From assembly GCA_030704615.1 (NCBI GenBank), contig CM060733.1, positions 2,294,001-2,358,000 on the forward strand: DNA of 64,000 nucleotides. Direction: 5' to 3'. Source of the DNA: Takakia lepidozioides (taxonomy: Eukaryota; Plantae; Bryophyta). Every line of letters starts with the position of its first letter. The stretch's first letter is position 1. This document shows, piece after piece, positions 1 through 11,050 of this stretch. The notes below the pieces were generated by a model. The model saw nothing but the letters and a program-made list of their open reading frames with translations. It was not told the origin of the DNA and made no database searches. Both the position numbers and the translations under genes were made by a program.

Positions 1-260
1 CCGCAACAGGTTCTCTACCCGGTTACCTTGTGGAGAGGGGGTTAGGGACATGTTCATGACCGGTTGAGTGTCAACACGGAGGTGCCACTAGTTGCTGGGG
101 ACAGTGCCGGTTCGAGCACTAGCGATACTAGTGGGTACACGAGACGAGGTGTGCGGTTTAGGCCACCTTCACCTCCTGTGTCTTCCACGGAAGGTTCTGA
201 TTCGGATTGTGAATCAGGAGGACTCATACCGGCGGTGCAAGTTGTTTCTTTGCCATTGTT

Positions 261-2079
261 GTGGGACACAATGGAGGAGATGTATGGAGCTACCAAGGGC
301 CACGAAGGTACTCTGGGGCGGTGGGCACCATCGAGTTGGATGATTTTATCCAAGAGTTTGATAGTTGGTGTGATTTGCAGCAAATGCGCAATCCACAACT
401 ATTTACGCCTTTCATGGCATGGAAGGGGCTGTTTCAGCACCTTGAGGGCCGCCTATGGATGATTACCATGAGTTCAGGCGGGGGCATGAGGTTGAGATCG
501 AGGAGTGGAGGATGTACTGGTCACCCGACTATGTCTCCATCACTAGGGGCACTAGAGCCACGAGGGCAGTGGCTACACCTGCCGCTGCACCGGCAGCTTC
601 AGCAAGCAGCAGTGGGACTGGTGGTACAGTAGCTACGACGTCCACCCAAGCCACTACCGCACCAGCACTAGCACCCGTGCCTGCCTTCAACCCTGTTGTG
701 GAGTTCTTCGAAGAGTTGAGAGGGAACTACCAAGGGGTGAGGACAGAGAAGTTGCGGAGCTTGCAAGAGTTCCAACGGAAGCCGACCGAGAGCTTGAGGG
801 AGGCTTTCACTCGCATGAGGCGCTTGATAAATGTAACCCAAGGGGTTACGGAAGCTCAGGCAGTCCAATTCTGGTATGGGATATTGGACAAGGAGCTGAG
901 GAGAAGGGTGCGGGATGCAACTCTCCTACAAGCGGCCCAACCCACCTTAGCAAATGTGTTTTTGCTGGCAGAGCGGATAGAGCTCAACATGGTGGAGGAA
1001 CGAGTGGTCATGGTGGGATTTGCTAAGGAGACACCACGGGGTAGTGGTGCTCCTAGCCAACCACTACCTCAACGTGCTCAAGGCAACAAGGGGGCTCAGG
1101 TGAAGCTCAGGGAAGGGCAGAGAGGACCTCAGATGCAGGGGTCTCTCCCTTCATTTGCTGGCCAACAACGGGCGGATGTGGTGTGCTGGACATGTGGAGG
1201 ACCCCATGTCAAGAAGGATTGTCCAGAGGGAGGCAAAGGGCCGGCACATGCACAGCCTGCACAGTTACAGTGTGGGCATTGTGGCAAGCACGGGCATGGA
1301 GAGGCTCAGTGTTATGGTTTGCATCCTGAGTTGCGCCCAGGCCAGTTCCAAGGGAACAATGGTGGCCGGGGGCGAGGTGGAGCAGCCCAGAGGGACGAGG
1401 TGGCCAGCCACGAGGCCAAGGGCAAGCTCAACGTGGCCAAGGACGCGGAGGTCAGGGTGTTGACCAAGGCATGGCCAACCGGCTTCAGCAGCTAGAGCAG
1501 AGGCTCGCTGCCATGGCTACAGCTCAGGTGGTACCGGCTCTAAGGCCGGATGGTCCACCTCCTGCTCCTGAGGGAGGAGATATGGGAGGCATGGGATTCA
1601 TGTGTGGAGCAGCACTACCACTAGTGCAGGTGGAGTCTGCTGCAGCCGTGACTCGAGGAGCAGCACGAGTTCCTGAGCCACGAGGTGCAGAGGTGGAGTT
1701 GGATCCACAGCGTGGGGAGGCAAGCCGTCAGGCTAGGCTTCCTCAGTCATTCACATTGGCGGAGACAGTGTCGACGCCATCCATGGCACCTAGTTCTCGC
1801 CCGACTGTTACCGAGGCGGAGGTTACTATGCCATTGGGGAGAGCTACACGGGTAGCACCACTACCTAGTGTTGCCAAGGCTACGGCAGCTAGTGTGCTGC
1901 TAGGAGCGGCCACATCTGTGTGCCAGGCTCCATTGTTCTCGGCTACCATGATTGCGACGCCGGGGGTAAGACCAGCTGAGGTGTTCAGGCTGGCAGCTAC
2001 ACTCTGTGAGAGTGGGGAGGTTACTTCATCTTCTGCGGAGATAGTGGGAGGTGTAGTGCGGAGGGATCCTCGGATTTGA
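261..2079 (+). pseudogene. gag: Gag (capsid plus two zinc knuckles), frameshifted
   Basis: ORFs 261-632, 455-1495 and 1471-2079. Retrotransposon-gag-like 'FQRKPTESLREAFTRMRRL'; knuckles CWTCGGPHVKKDC and CGHCGKHGHGEAQC. Confidence 0.8.
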
Positions 2080-2199
2080 GGGTCAAGACTGCCACGGCGG
2101 CGCCATGGCAAGCTGCAGCTGCCAGGTTGATGGAGCTGCCAGCTAGGCCAGCCATTGAGCGCGCCATGGTGACACCTGGAGTTGTCATGTTAGACAACC

Positions 2200-2560
2200 A
2201 GGATGGCATTTTCTGTTTGAGTGGACCGGCAGGCAAGAGGTACCGGCCACTGCGGTCTTGTTGGACTCGGGAGCTCAGCCACTGATGCTGGGCAGAGCTG
2301 CTATTGCAGGCTTGGGCCTCACGGAGGCGGATATGGAGCCTTGTCCTTTCCAGATACAGACGTCTCTGGGAGGATCGGAGCAGGCTCGGGGCATGACACG
2401 GCGCTATCAGACTACGGCCGGATCACCCTACAGATGGCTCAGTGATGCGAGCCAAGGCCATTGTGACAGACGCAGTCTCATACGATGTCCTGGTTGGTGG
2501 GGCAGTGTTGTACCCCATGGGCTTCACCCTGGATTTTTGGGAGGAGTCAGCTTCCTATAG
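2200..2560 (+). pseudogene. Retroviral-type aspartic protease, frameshifted
   Basis: LDSGAQ active-site motif at ~2260; 'YDVLVGGAVL' flap/C-terminal motif in the next frame. Confidence 0.8.
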
Positions 2561-4217
2561 GCCTGCATGGCAGTCAGGGGAGGGCCGGCGTGTGCAGCTC
2601 CCTGTGACGTTCATAGGAGGAGTTGCGGTTGCCCAGCGAGGCAAGATGCCGACACTAGCAGCATTCACAGCGGCAGTGAGTTGGCCTAGAGAGTTGCTTG
2701 AGGGCAATGCTCATTCAGAGGATGTACCACCTCCGGGAGAGCAGGATGACATGTATGGTATGGCGGAGTTGCCTACCATGGTTGCTCAGACTCCATTGTG
2801 GGGCACGAGCAAGGATTTGCAGCGGGATGCTGATCGACGGGTGCAACAAGCCTGGGTGGAGGCTTTTGTACCGTCAGGAGAGGAGGAGAGTGTGGGGATT
2901 GCACCAGGACCACCTCAATTGTCTCCATTGGACACCACACCTATTGTGTGGCAGTCTCCGGATGAAGGCATTTGTCTTCTGGACTTGTTTGGCGGGATCA
3001 GCACCGGATTGGCTGCTGTGTTACAGGCAGGTGTACGAGTTCGGCGTTACCTGTATGTGGAGAGGGATGAGACTGCACGACGCGTTTCACTTCGCCATGT
3101 TGCTCAGTTGGTGCAGCGGTACCCTGAGTTGTTGTCGGTGTCTGCAATTCGTGGATATCAGCAGGCCTTGCCAGCAGACATTTCGTTGCTGGGGGCGCAG
3201 GATTTGGAGCGGGTTGGCTCCATTGATCTGGTAGTGGCAGGTTGGCCCTGCCAAGGGCATTCATCAGCCGGGCATGGCAATGGATTGCGAGACTCGAGGT
3301 CGGGTCTGTTTTGGGAGATGGTGCGGGTTTTGCGCCACTTGCAGCTTCATCAAGCTGTATCTCCAGCATACATCTTGGAGAATGTGCCACTGATGGGCGA
3401 TTCTCGGGCCAGGGTGATGGCCAGTGTGCATCAAGTCCGGTCGTGGCTTGGGTCAGCAGTGTTGCTAGATGCAGCTACAGTGGGGTCACGGGCTCATCGT
3501 CCACGGCTATGGTGGACTAACATGATGCCACCCGCACTGCTCAAGCGTGCATTTGATGGGGTGCAGCGGCCAGCACATCTCACAGTGGATAACATTCTGG
3601 ACACAGGGAGGCAGTCTCAACGTGTGAGACACGATGACCGTTCGCCTTTGGCAGTGGTCAACAAGGTGGGTCAACCACGAGCAGCATTACCTACACTGCT
3701 CAGCTTCCCAGGATCGCATGCTTTCCGGGATAGTGGACCTGGCCTCCTGTGGGATGCTCAGTTGCAGCAGTTAGTGGAGCCTAATGCTGACGAGCGTGAG
3801 CGGGCAATGGGTTTTACCACTGGTACCACGGCGGTGTCGTCTCTTTCTGAGGCATCACGTCGTCAAGTGTTGGGGCAAGCAATGGATCTCAATTGCTTGA
3901 CCTGGATTATCAGCTTGGCTCTAGCTGAGCAACGCAGAGTGCGGAATACACTTCCCTCAATGGTCTCTCTGCCTACCGAGACGGTACAGGCAGTGAGTGG
4001 GGGCGAGCATATGAGGACCACGGGGTGCATGCATCCATGGCACACGTGGGAGGTGCTCGAGGTTCAGAGGGAGTTGGCAGCCAAGGCGGCTGTGATGGAT
4101 GAGGTTGGGGATTCTTCTCGAGTTGAGGAGGTCCTCAAGGATGAGATGATGGGGCAGGATGATGCCTTGTCATTGACTGAGCAGGTAGGGAGTACTGCTC
4201 AAGAGGTTGCAGCATAG
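2442..4217 (+). CDS. DNMT3-like DNA (cytosine-5) methyltransferase embedded in the retrotransposon pol region (domain ~2965-3930)
   Basis: C5-MTase motifs in order and uninterrupted: I LDLFGGIS, II YVERD, IV GWPCQ, V RSGLFWE, VI ILENV, VIII AHRPRLWWTN, IX ERERAMGF, X QVLGQAM. Confidence 0.93.
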   Translation: MMRAKAIVTDAVSYDVLVGGAVLYPMGFTLDFWEESASYRPAWQSGEGRRVQLPVTFIGGVAVAQRGKMPTLAAFTAAVSWPRELLEGNAHSEDVPPPGEQDDMYGMAELPTMVAQTPLWGTSKDLQRDADRRVQQAWVEAFVPSGEEESVGIAPGPPQLSPLDTTPIVWQSPDEGICLLDLFGGISTGLAAVLQAGVRVRRYLYVERDETARRVSLRHVAQLVQRYPELLSVSAIRGYQQALPADISLLGAQDLERVGSIDLVVAGWPCQGHSSAGHGNGLRDSRSGLFWEMVRVLRHLQLHQAVSPAYILENVPLMGDSRARVMASVHQVRSWLGSAVLLDAATVGSRAHRPRLWWTNMMPPALLKRAFDGVQRPAHLTVDNILDTGRQSQRVRHDDRSPLAVVNKVGQPRAALPTLLSFPGSHAFRDSGPGLLWDAQLQQLVEPNADERERAMGFTTGTTAVSSLSEASRRQVLGQAMDLNCLTWIISLALAEQRRVRNTLPSMVSLPTETVQAVSGGEHMRTTGCMHPWHTWEVLEVQRELAAKAAVMDEVGDSSRVEEVLKDEMMGQDDALSLTEQVGSTAQEVAA

Positions 4218-4376
4218 CAACCACGGGACGCGTCCTCTACCTCTAAGCCCACTGGACTTAAGGTTGTAGTTACGGAGGACAATTGGGAGCCTGACATTGG
4301 ACCCATTGTCACCGGAGGAGAGAGACGACGTATACGGCGGTTCCTGAGGGCTTACAGGAATTGCTTTGCCTTCAGT

Positions 4377-6150
4377 TTGAAGGACTTGGGAGCACTGAAG
4401 GGTCAAGAGATCCGTATTGAGTTGGCCACTGACACGCCAATCTTTCGGAGACCCTATAGATACAGTGACATGGAGAGGTCTTTGATTCAGATGAGGACTC
4501 AAGATCTCTGGGAGGCAGGTTTGGTGGAGCTCTCTGGTGGAGAGTATGCTTCAGCCACAGTGATGCCAGCCAAGAAGGATGTCTATGGCAATTGGACGGA
4601 GAGACGTATGTGCGGTGATTACCGGCCTGTAAATCGTCAGACCAAGTCCGATAAGTATGCCATGCAACACCAGAGGAGATCTTTGATGCCATCGGGCATG
4701 CTAAGGCCTTTAGCACTTTGGATTTACGATCCGGATATCACCAGTTGCCAATCAAGGAGGCGGACAAGCAGAAGACGGCATTCTGGGGGATCAATGAGCA
4801 CGGCAAGGATTGCCTATATCAGTGGCGGTTCTTACCATTTGGGCTTAAGAATGCTCCTGCAGAGTTTCAGAGAGTCATGGATAGGATTCTAGCAGGGGTG
4901 GACTTTGCTCGGTGCTACATAGATGACATCATCATCTTTAGTGTTACGATGGAGGAGCATGAGAGACACCTTCAGGTGGTATTGGAGCGCTTGAGAGCGC
5001 ACGGATTGAAGTTGCATCCGGGGAAGTGCAAGTTTTTCCACAACCAGATTGAGTATCTGGGTCACATGATATATCCTGGAGGATTGGGGGTACAGCAGAC
5101 TAAGGTAGAGGCCATTGCACAAATTCCACGCCCCACGGATGTGAGCCGAGTTCGAGCTTTCATGGGGTTGGCAAACTATTATAGACGGTTTGTCAAGGGA
5201 TTTAGTACCATTGCAAAGGCTCTAACCAAGCTGACCAAGGTGGACCAGGAGTGGCAGTGGGAAGATGAGCAGGAACGAGCTTTTCAAGAGCTCAAGGCGA
5301 GGTTGACCTCGGCGCCTATCTTGAGACGACCTATCAGGGGGCGTCCCTTTCAGCTGCATACGGATTGGAGCATGCTGGGGCTTGGAGCGGTGCTCACACA
5401 GGTGGATGATGAGGGAAGAGAGTTCGTAGTGGCTTACGCTAGCCGCTCGAACAACGCTGCAGAGGCTAAGTACAGCTCATATGAGGGAGAGTGCTTAGCT
5501 GCAGTGTGGGCCGTGGCACACTTCAGGTGCTATCTATACGGCAATCTTTTCACCCTTGTCACGGATCACCAGCCACTCAAGTGGTTGATGGAGTCAGACA
5601 AGCTTACGGGGAAGCTTGCACGGTGGGCACTTATACTCCAGGAGTATGACTTTCAGGTTGTGCATCGACCGGGTTTGGTCAATCGGGATGCGGATGGATT
5701 GAGTCGCAATCCATGCATGAGCCAGCAGGATGACACTGGAGCTCGGTGGCATGGTGAGACGGACGAGGAGATGGTGCCGGGATGGCACGCATCTGCATTT
5801 TTGTGTATCTTGGCATCGGGAGGTCAGATTGGACCTACAACAGGGATGACTGTAGACGGAGTGTCTGAGGACCCTGAGGCTAGTGATGAGCTAGGTGGTG
5901 CCAGAGATATACATGAGGATTCGGCTGTGTTGGACTACCTCCGCACGGGAGACACGGCAGCCATTGTGACTGCCAGGGAGAGGGATCGGATCCTGCAACG
6001 AGCCAAGAGGTTCAAGTGGGAGGGGATACACCTACTTCGAGTGTGGGAGGATGGTCGGGTGAGGATTGTGCCTCACCCCACACAGCGTGCACGGTTAGTG
6101 CGGCATGCCCATGAGGAGTTGGGGCATTTTGGAGTGCGACGCACTCACAG
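4377..6150 (+). pseudogene. pol: Reverse transcriptase and RNase H
   Basis: RMCGDYRPVN, DLRSGYHQL, LPFGLKNAPAEFQR, CYIDDII, FQLHTDWS, YSSYEGECLA, LVTDHQPL. Frameshift at ~4665. Confidence 0.95.
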
Positions 6151-7350
6151 TTTTACTGCAGGGGCAGTATTGGTGGCGTGGTATGCATACAGAGGTGCAA
6201 CAGTTTGTGGCTAGGTGCATGGTGTGTGACAGGGTGCGTGCTTCATTCAACGCCCCTACACCACAGTTGCATCCTTTACCTATCATGGGATTGGGCTACA
6301 GGTGGAGTCTTGACTTCGCAGGACCGTTGCCACTGACTATGCGCCACCACAGATATGTGTTGGTGATGGTGGAGCACTTCTCCAAGTGGATTGAGTTGGT
6401 TCCATTGCCTGACAAGGCTAGTGAGGGGGCTGCGTATGCATTCTTGGATCGTGTGCTTAGCCGATTTGGTGCTCCAGCTGAGGTACTCACGGACCAAGGG
6501 AGAGAGTTCTTGGGGGAGTTTCAGGCTTTGTGTGATAAAGCCTTGATAGACCACCGCACCACTTCTCGGGATCATCCTGAGGCCGATGGCTTAGCAGAGA
6601 GAGTTGTTCAGACGGTGAAGAGGGGTTTGCGCAAGTATGGCTTGCAGAAGGGACACCTAGGAGATTGGGATCTTCAGGTTCCTTGGTTAGCCATGGGCTA
6701 CAGGTTCAGCAAACAAGCATCACTTGCCTCCTTCTCACCATATTTCCTTCTCTTTGGCCGAGAGCCGGATTTGCCTGCAGCCATTCGTAGGGACACTGCT
6801 CAAGTCCTTAACCTTGACGATCCGGACGTGTGGGTACGTGCATGTGATCAGCGTGCAGAGTTGTTCAAGAAAGTCATGCCCATGGCTTTTGAGAACCTTG
6901 CCATTGCACAGCACCGTGATACGTTGAGGTATGCCACTATACGTGGTGGAGGATATCGTCCTGGGGTTCGGAGGTTTAGCCCTGGTGACTATGTTTATTT
7001 GCAGCAGACTGCTCCTACGACTCTGGATGTTACTGCAGGCGTGTTATTCTGAGGGTTCGAGAGGTGTTGCCCTCAGGGGTCCTGATCTTAGAGGGTCGGG
7101 ATGGCATGACTTGGAAAGACCATGTGCGTAATTGTGCGCCATGTCACCTTCCCAATGTCGATGGCAGAGTTGACCCAAACTTGGCAGTGGTACCTGCAGG
7201 TTTGAGGTGCATGCTCTGTGGGTCTGCCAAAGGGGCAGCCACCATGCTGGTGTGTGATCGTGCTCAAGGGGTTGGCATATGGGATGCTTGACACCACCTC
7301 TTGAGAAGGTTCCTGACGGAGATTGGTTGTGTCCACACTGCTTGGGATAG
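6105..7350 (+). pseudogene. Integrase with C-terminal PHD finger
   Basis: HHCC (H-EELGH, CMVC), WSLDFAGP, LTDQGREF, GLAERVV. Then CMLC...MLVCDR/(frameshift)[24 protein letters not shown] at ~7208-7341, a C4HC3 PHD. Confidence 0.9.
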
Positions 7351-7609
7351 TGGCAGTGACATGACTGGAGGCAGCTAACAAGACATGGGAGGCCAAGCTC
7401 ATAGGAGTCAATACATGAGATCCCAAGCTCAAGTTCACAGGTTGCAAGACGGCGACTAACGATGGGGCAACTCTTGCACCCGGCCTCTTGATCTATCGAG
7501 TTTGAGTGTAGTAGGGATAGTGGTGGAGGACTTAGTGAGGCTATGGTCACTATCACATCTTGTGGCTACCTGGACTTAGAGGGACCTAAGCACCAGCTAG
7601 GGGGGCGAT

Positions 7610-8281
7610 TGTGTGGACTAGTGACTGCCATGTAGGGCAGCGTAGTGGCAGCCTAGTGACTGACTAGTTGTAGCCTGGTGGTTGGACTAGTGGTAGACTA
7701 GTGGTATAGTGTGTGGTGTGCACATGTGTTGTGTGGTTTTGGACAGCGATGTAGTTGTGTAGCGATATGTATGCGCACGACAGCTGTCAAGTTATTTTAC
7801 CACTAGTGTGAAACTAGCTAGGAAATAGCTAGCTTTTACATATTGACATTTGGGATTGGCCCAAGTGTCAATCCAGGGGTCAAGGCAGATTTAGGCCCTG
7901 GAGTGGTTATCTTCACGGCAAGCGCGGGAGGCTCATCTTTCTCGAGTTGAGCCTCACCGCGCCTAGCTATGGCGCCGTAGTGTGGATTCCCCATGGCGTG
8001 GGGTGCACTTGGCTTGACTTGTATTTGAGTGATGAGGTTATATATGCATGAGTTTATGCTTCAGCTTTGTGAGCTCGCATGAGCTTGATCTATTGTGTGG
8101 ACTAGTGACTGCCATAGTGGGCAGCGTAGTGGCAGCCTAGTGACTGACTAGTTGTAGCCTAGTGGTTGGACTAGTGGCTGGACTAGTGGTAGACTAGTGG
8201 TATACTAGTGTGTGGTGTGCACATGTGTTGTGTGGTTTTGGACAGCGATGTAGTTGTGTAGCGATATGTATGCGCACGACA
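7610..8281 (+). repeat. 3' LTR with internal direct duplication (7610-7782 and 8094-8281)
   Basis: Preceded by purine tract AGGGGGGCGAT. Starts TGTGTGG and ends CACGACA. The first ~173 bp recur near-identically as the last ~188 bp. Confidence 0.75.
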
Positions 8282-8746
8282 TGGTCCATCGCAGCCATAC
8301 GAATATCTTCACATCCGGCTGGGAAGTCGCACAATGGAAGAAAGAGTGATAGGAACAGATGATCCCCATTCAAAGAGGTGCGGTCTAGGAAGAAATTAGG
8401 AGGCTGGGAGTCTCCCAGCAAGAAAATTTGGAGATGGTCACTTGCCGCAGGGCATTCCGGCCCAGAGTGCCGCAATTGATGTACACCGCGCAACGAAACG
8501 ACGGCAAAACAAGACAATTCTTACCATCTTACACGATTCCCATTAAGGCACGAAGGTAAACTCATGGACGAGACGGACAGTGGAGTCATATCACATTATG
8601 ATCAGGTCCTGATATGACTAGCGATGGATCACTTCGAGGTCTTGGAGAAAGCAAAGAAATGGTTCACAGACATGAATATCACGCTAGGCTCCAAGCTTTA
8701 TTCACCCATACTTGTTTTCACACAAGCCAAAACAAAAACATGGAAC

Positions 8747-9000
8747 TCATTGTCGCCACCTCATAGTCAGCCATGTCATCATTTTCAAAAACATGTTGCC
8801 ACATCATCCGTTGTCATGTCATTTTCGCCACGTCATTGTCTCCACCCCATAGTCAGCCATGTCATCATTTTCAAAAACATGTTGCCACATCATCCGTTGT
8901 CATGTCATCTTCGCCACGTCAGTGTGGTCGACATAGCCAGCCATGTCATCTTCGCCACGTCATTGTCGCCACCTACGGGTCAGCCATGTCATCATCCTGG
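8747..9000 (+). repeat. ~86-bp minisatellite (about 2.5 units), same family as 34903-35156
   Basis: Repeated CATAGTCAGCCATGTCATCATTTTCAAAAACATGTTGCCACATCATCCGTTGTCATGTC, period 86. Confidence 0.85.
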
Positions 9001-10402
9001 AAGGAAAAACGAATTGTATTTGGTTTCTGCAAATCTACTCTATATTCGCTTTCTTCCTTTCTTCAGAAACGTGGCGATGACAAAACGTGGCAATGATGAC
9101 ATGGCACAAAAGTCAGAAGCATTTAATTTTACTTCAATGCTAGGTAAAATAATTTGACCGGTTGAATTGCTTACAAAATATGTTTGTTATCAAATATTTT
9201 GCACATGATGTCGTATAAAGGGGGTTATATTGGCAGTAAATGAGTGTTGGGCGGGTATTCTGTTTTTTAAATACCAACATGCCCGTATCTGAATATTGAG
9301 ATAAGAAATGGGAACGGTGCTTGGATAATCGAATTGAACAAGGAAAAAATAACCTTGTTAGTGCCATCAGGTCGAAGGGAACCTCATGGCGTCCATGTAG
9401 GGAGCCAGAGACCATCAAAGCACCAATGAAGGTGCTCCAAAAAACCGAAGGTTAAAAATCAGCTGTCACAATATTCAGTGGTCCAGAAACACTGGCAAGC
9501 TAAATCAAATGTAGCAAACCTTTAAAATATCAAAAAGAGGCACATTACAAAAAAGAAGTAAGCAAATACAAAGAGAGGCTTATATCCTACTACAGTAACA
9601 GTAACCATCTATTAACCCCTAATGGACGTCGGGTCGCGTGAATAATCAGAAATCGATTTGCCATGATGGCAAATCGTTGGATGACCTTGGATGAAAAACT
9701 TTTTGAATGAAAGTTGTGCGCCATGACATCATGCACCTGCCTGTCTTTATGGCACCCTCAATAATCCTAAAGCACTGCCGCCAGTAATTTCTTTGCTTTT
9801 CATTCAACAATAATAGGGTCATGAATGCCCGTGCGTGTGGCTACGGCCGGGTCAGCGTGTGGCAGAGGGGGTCGCAGAGGGTGGGAGGCCCCCTACCCGG
9901 CCAGTCTGCTGCTGGGTCTGCCCGGCAAGCTGGTTTGCTAGGGCCCACAAAACACATGAGCTAGTCTGCTGGGGCCCACATATTCTAGCGACGACCGAAG
10001 TCGGAAGCTAGTTTTAGCATAGAGCAGGAATAGTAGGGTGCCAAAGTGCCACGTTTTCGTCGCCATGTCATCGTCACCACATTTCGTCGTCAAATTCTTT
10101 AAATCTGCCCGGCATGCCAGCCCAATAAATGCCAATAGATTCGTGGCGCCAAGTGTTTCGAAACTGCCCACACTGCCCGTTTCTTGAACCGCAGGAGGGG
10201 TTTCACAGGCCGATCGCGATTTGCAGAAGACGTTCACAGATTATGAGTACACAGCAGGAGCAATCGCAAGGTGTGGCTTTTCTTTATGCACGATGTGAAG
10301 AAGTTTGTCCATCCTGCAAATGGGGGCTCTTAGTACCATGATTTGTTATTCTTTCTGATATTTACAAGGTTCTTGGGAGATTCAGCTTGGTCTTAGCAGG
10401 CC

Positions 10403-10520
10403 GTGTTTCAATCTCTGCCTGCTCAGCTGCACCGTGGTGGTTCTTTGCACAATGTGGGGGAGGAGGAAAAGGAATTTTCTCTTTGCCACCACAGTGAGAA
10501 GCTGGCCATTGGTTTTTGCA
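10403..10520 (+). pseudogene. PPR DYW-domain fragment
   Basis: LHNVGEEEKEFSLCHHSEKLAIGF matches the DYW HxE motif region; no rest of the gene. Confidence 0.8.
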
Positions 10521-10758
10521 CGACCCCTACGACACCTCCTCCTCCACTGAATTTACAATTGCTATCAAACACATCTATGCTTCAGCTGGCAGGTGGGATC
10601 CATCTGGGTAGCAAAATGTTCTCTCTGCATTTTACCTGTGCCTAACAACAAGCTGTATGTCCCATCACATTTCACATGAGCTTGTTCTTCCTTGTGCAAC
10701 AATTTGACACGTCATAGAATATTTTATATAGCTACATGTTATGTGCTAACTCTCTTTC

Positions 10759-11050
10759 TCAAAAGATGCAGAGCGGAAAGTGAGATTATCAATGCCTAAT
10801 GTGAGGGTGGCCTGAAGACAATATCCGTTTTCTGCTACAATGTTTGGGGATATTCTCATCAGGCTGAGCCTGACCTCTTTGAACTCGTTTCCAGTCTGTG
10901 ACATGGGAGAGGCCATCATGGATGACCTCAAGGGTTTACCCACCCTCGGCACTAGACTGAAAATTAAACTCAGAGGCAACCTGAAGACACAGGAATAGCA
11001 TTGTGGCCGTGCCCCCAGTCTGGGCGGAACAAGAGCAAACCTTTGTGAGG
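10759..11050 (+). mobile_element. LINE 3' fragment (same family as 54342-55500 and 63090-63490)
   Basis: Shares 'tttccagtctgtgacatggg..ggatgacctcaagg..ctcggcactagactgaaa' with 54982-55055. Confidence 0.75.

Larger units (their letters stand above)
1..8281 (+). mobile_element. Ty3/Gypsy LTR retrotransposon carrying a C5-cytosine methyltransferase and a PHD finger (5' LTR outside the window)
   Basis: Order is gag (Zn knuckles), protease (LDSGA), DNMT, RT (YIDD), RNase H (TDWS..E..TDH), integrase, PHD, PPT, then an LTR with TG...CA ends. Reading frame is broken by several frameshifts and a stop. Confidence 0.93.

Noticed and set aside
4215-4217. Programmed readthrough between DNMT and RT
   Set aside because: Cannot be distinguished from ordinary decay given the many other lesions; needs other copies.
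8624-9157. ORFs 8624-9157, 8773-9096 and 34605-35156 as repeat proteins
   Set aside because: They are translations of the 86-bp minisatellite, whose unit length is not a multiple of 3.
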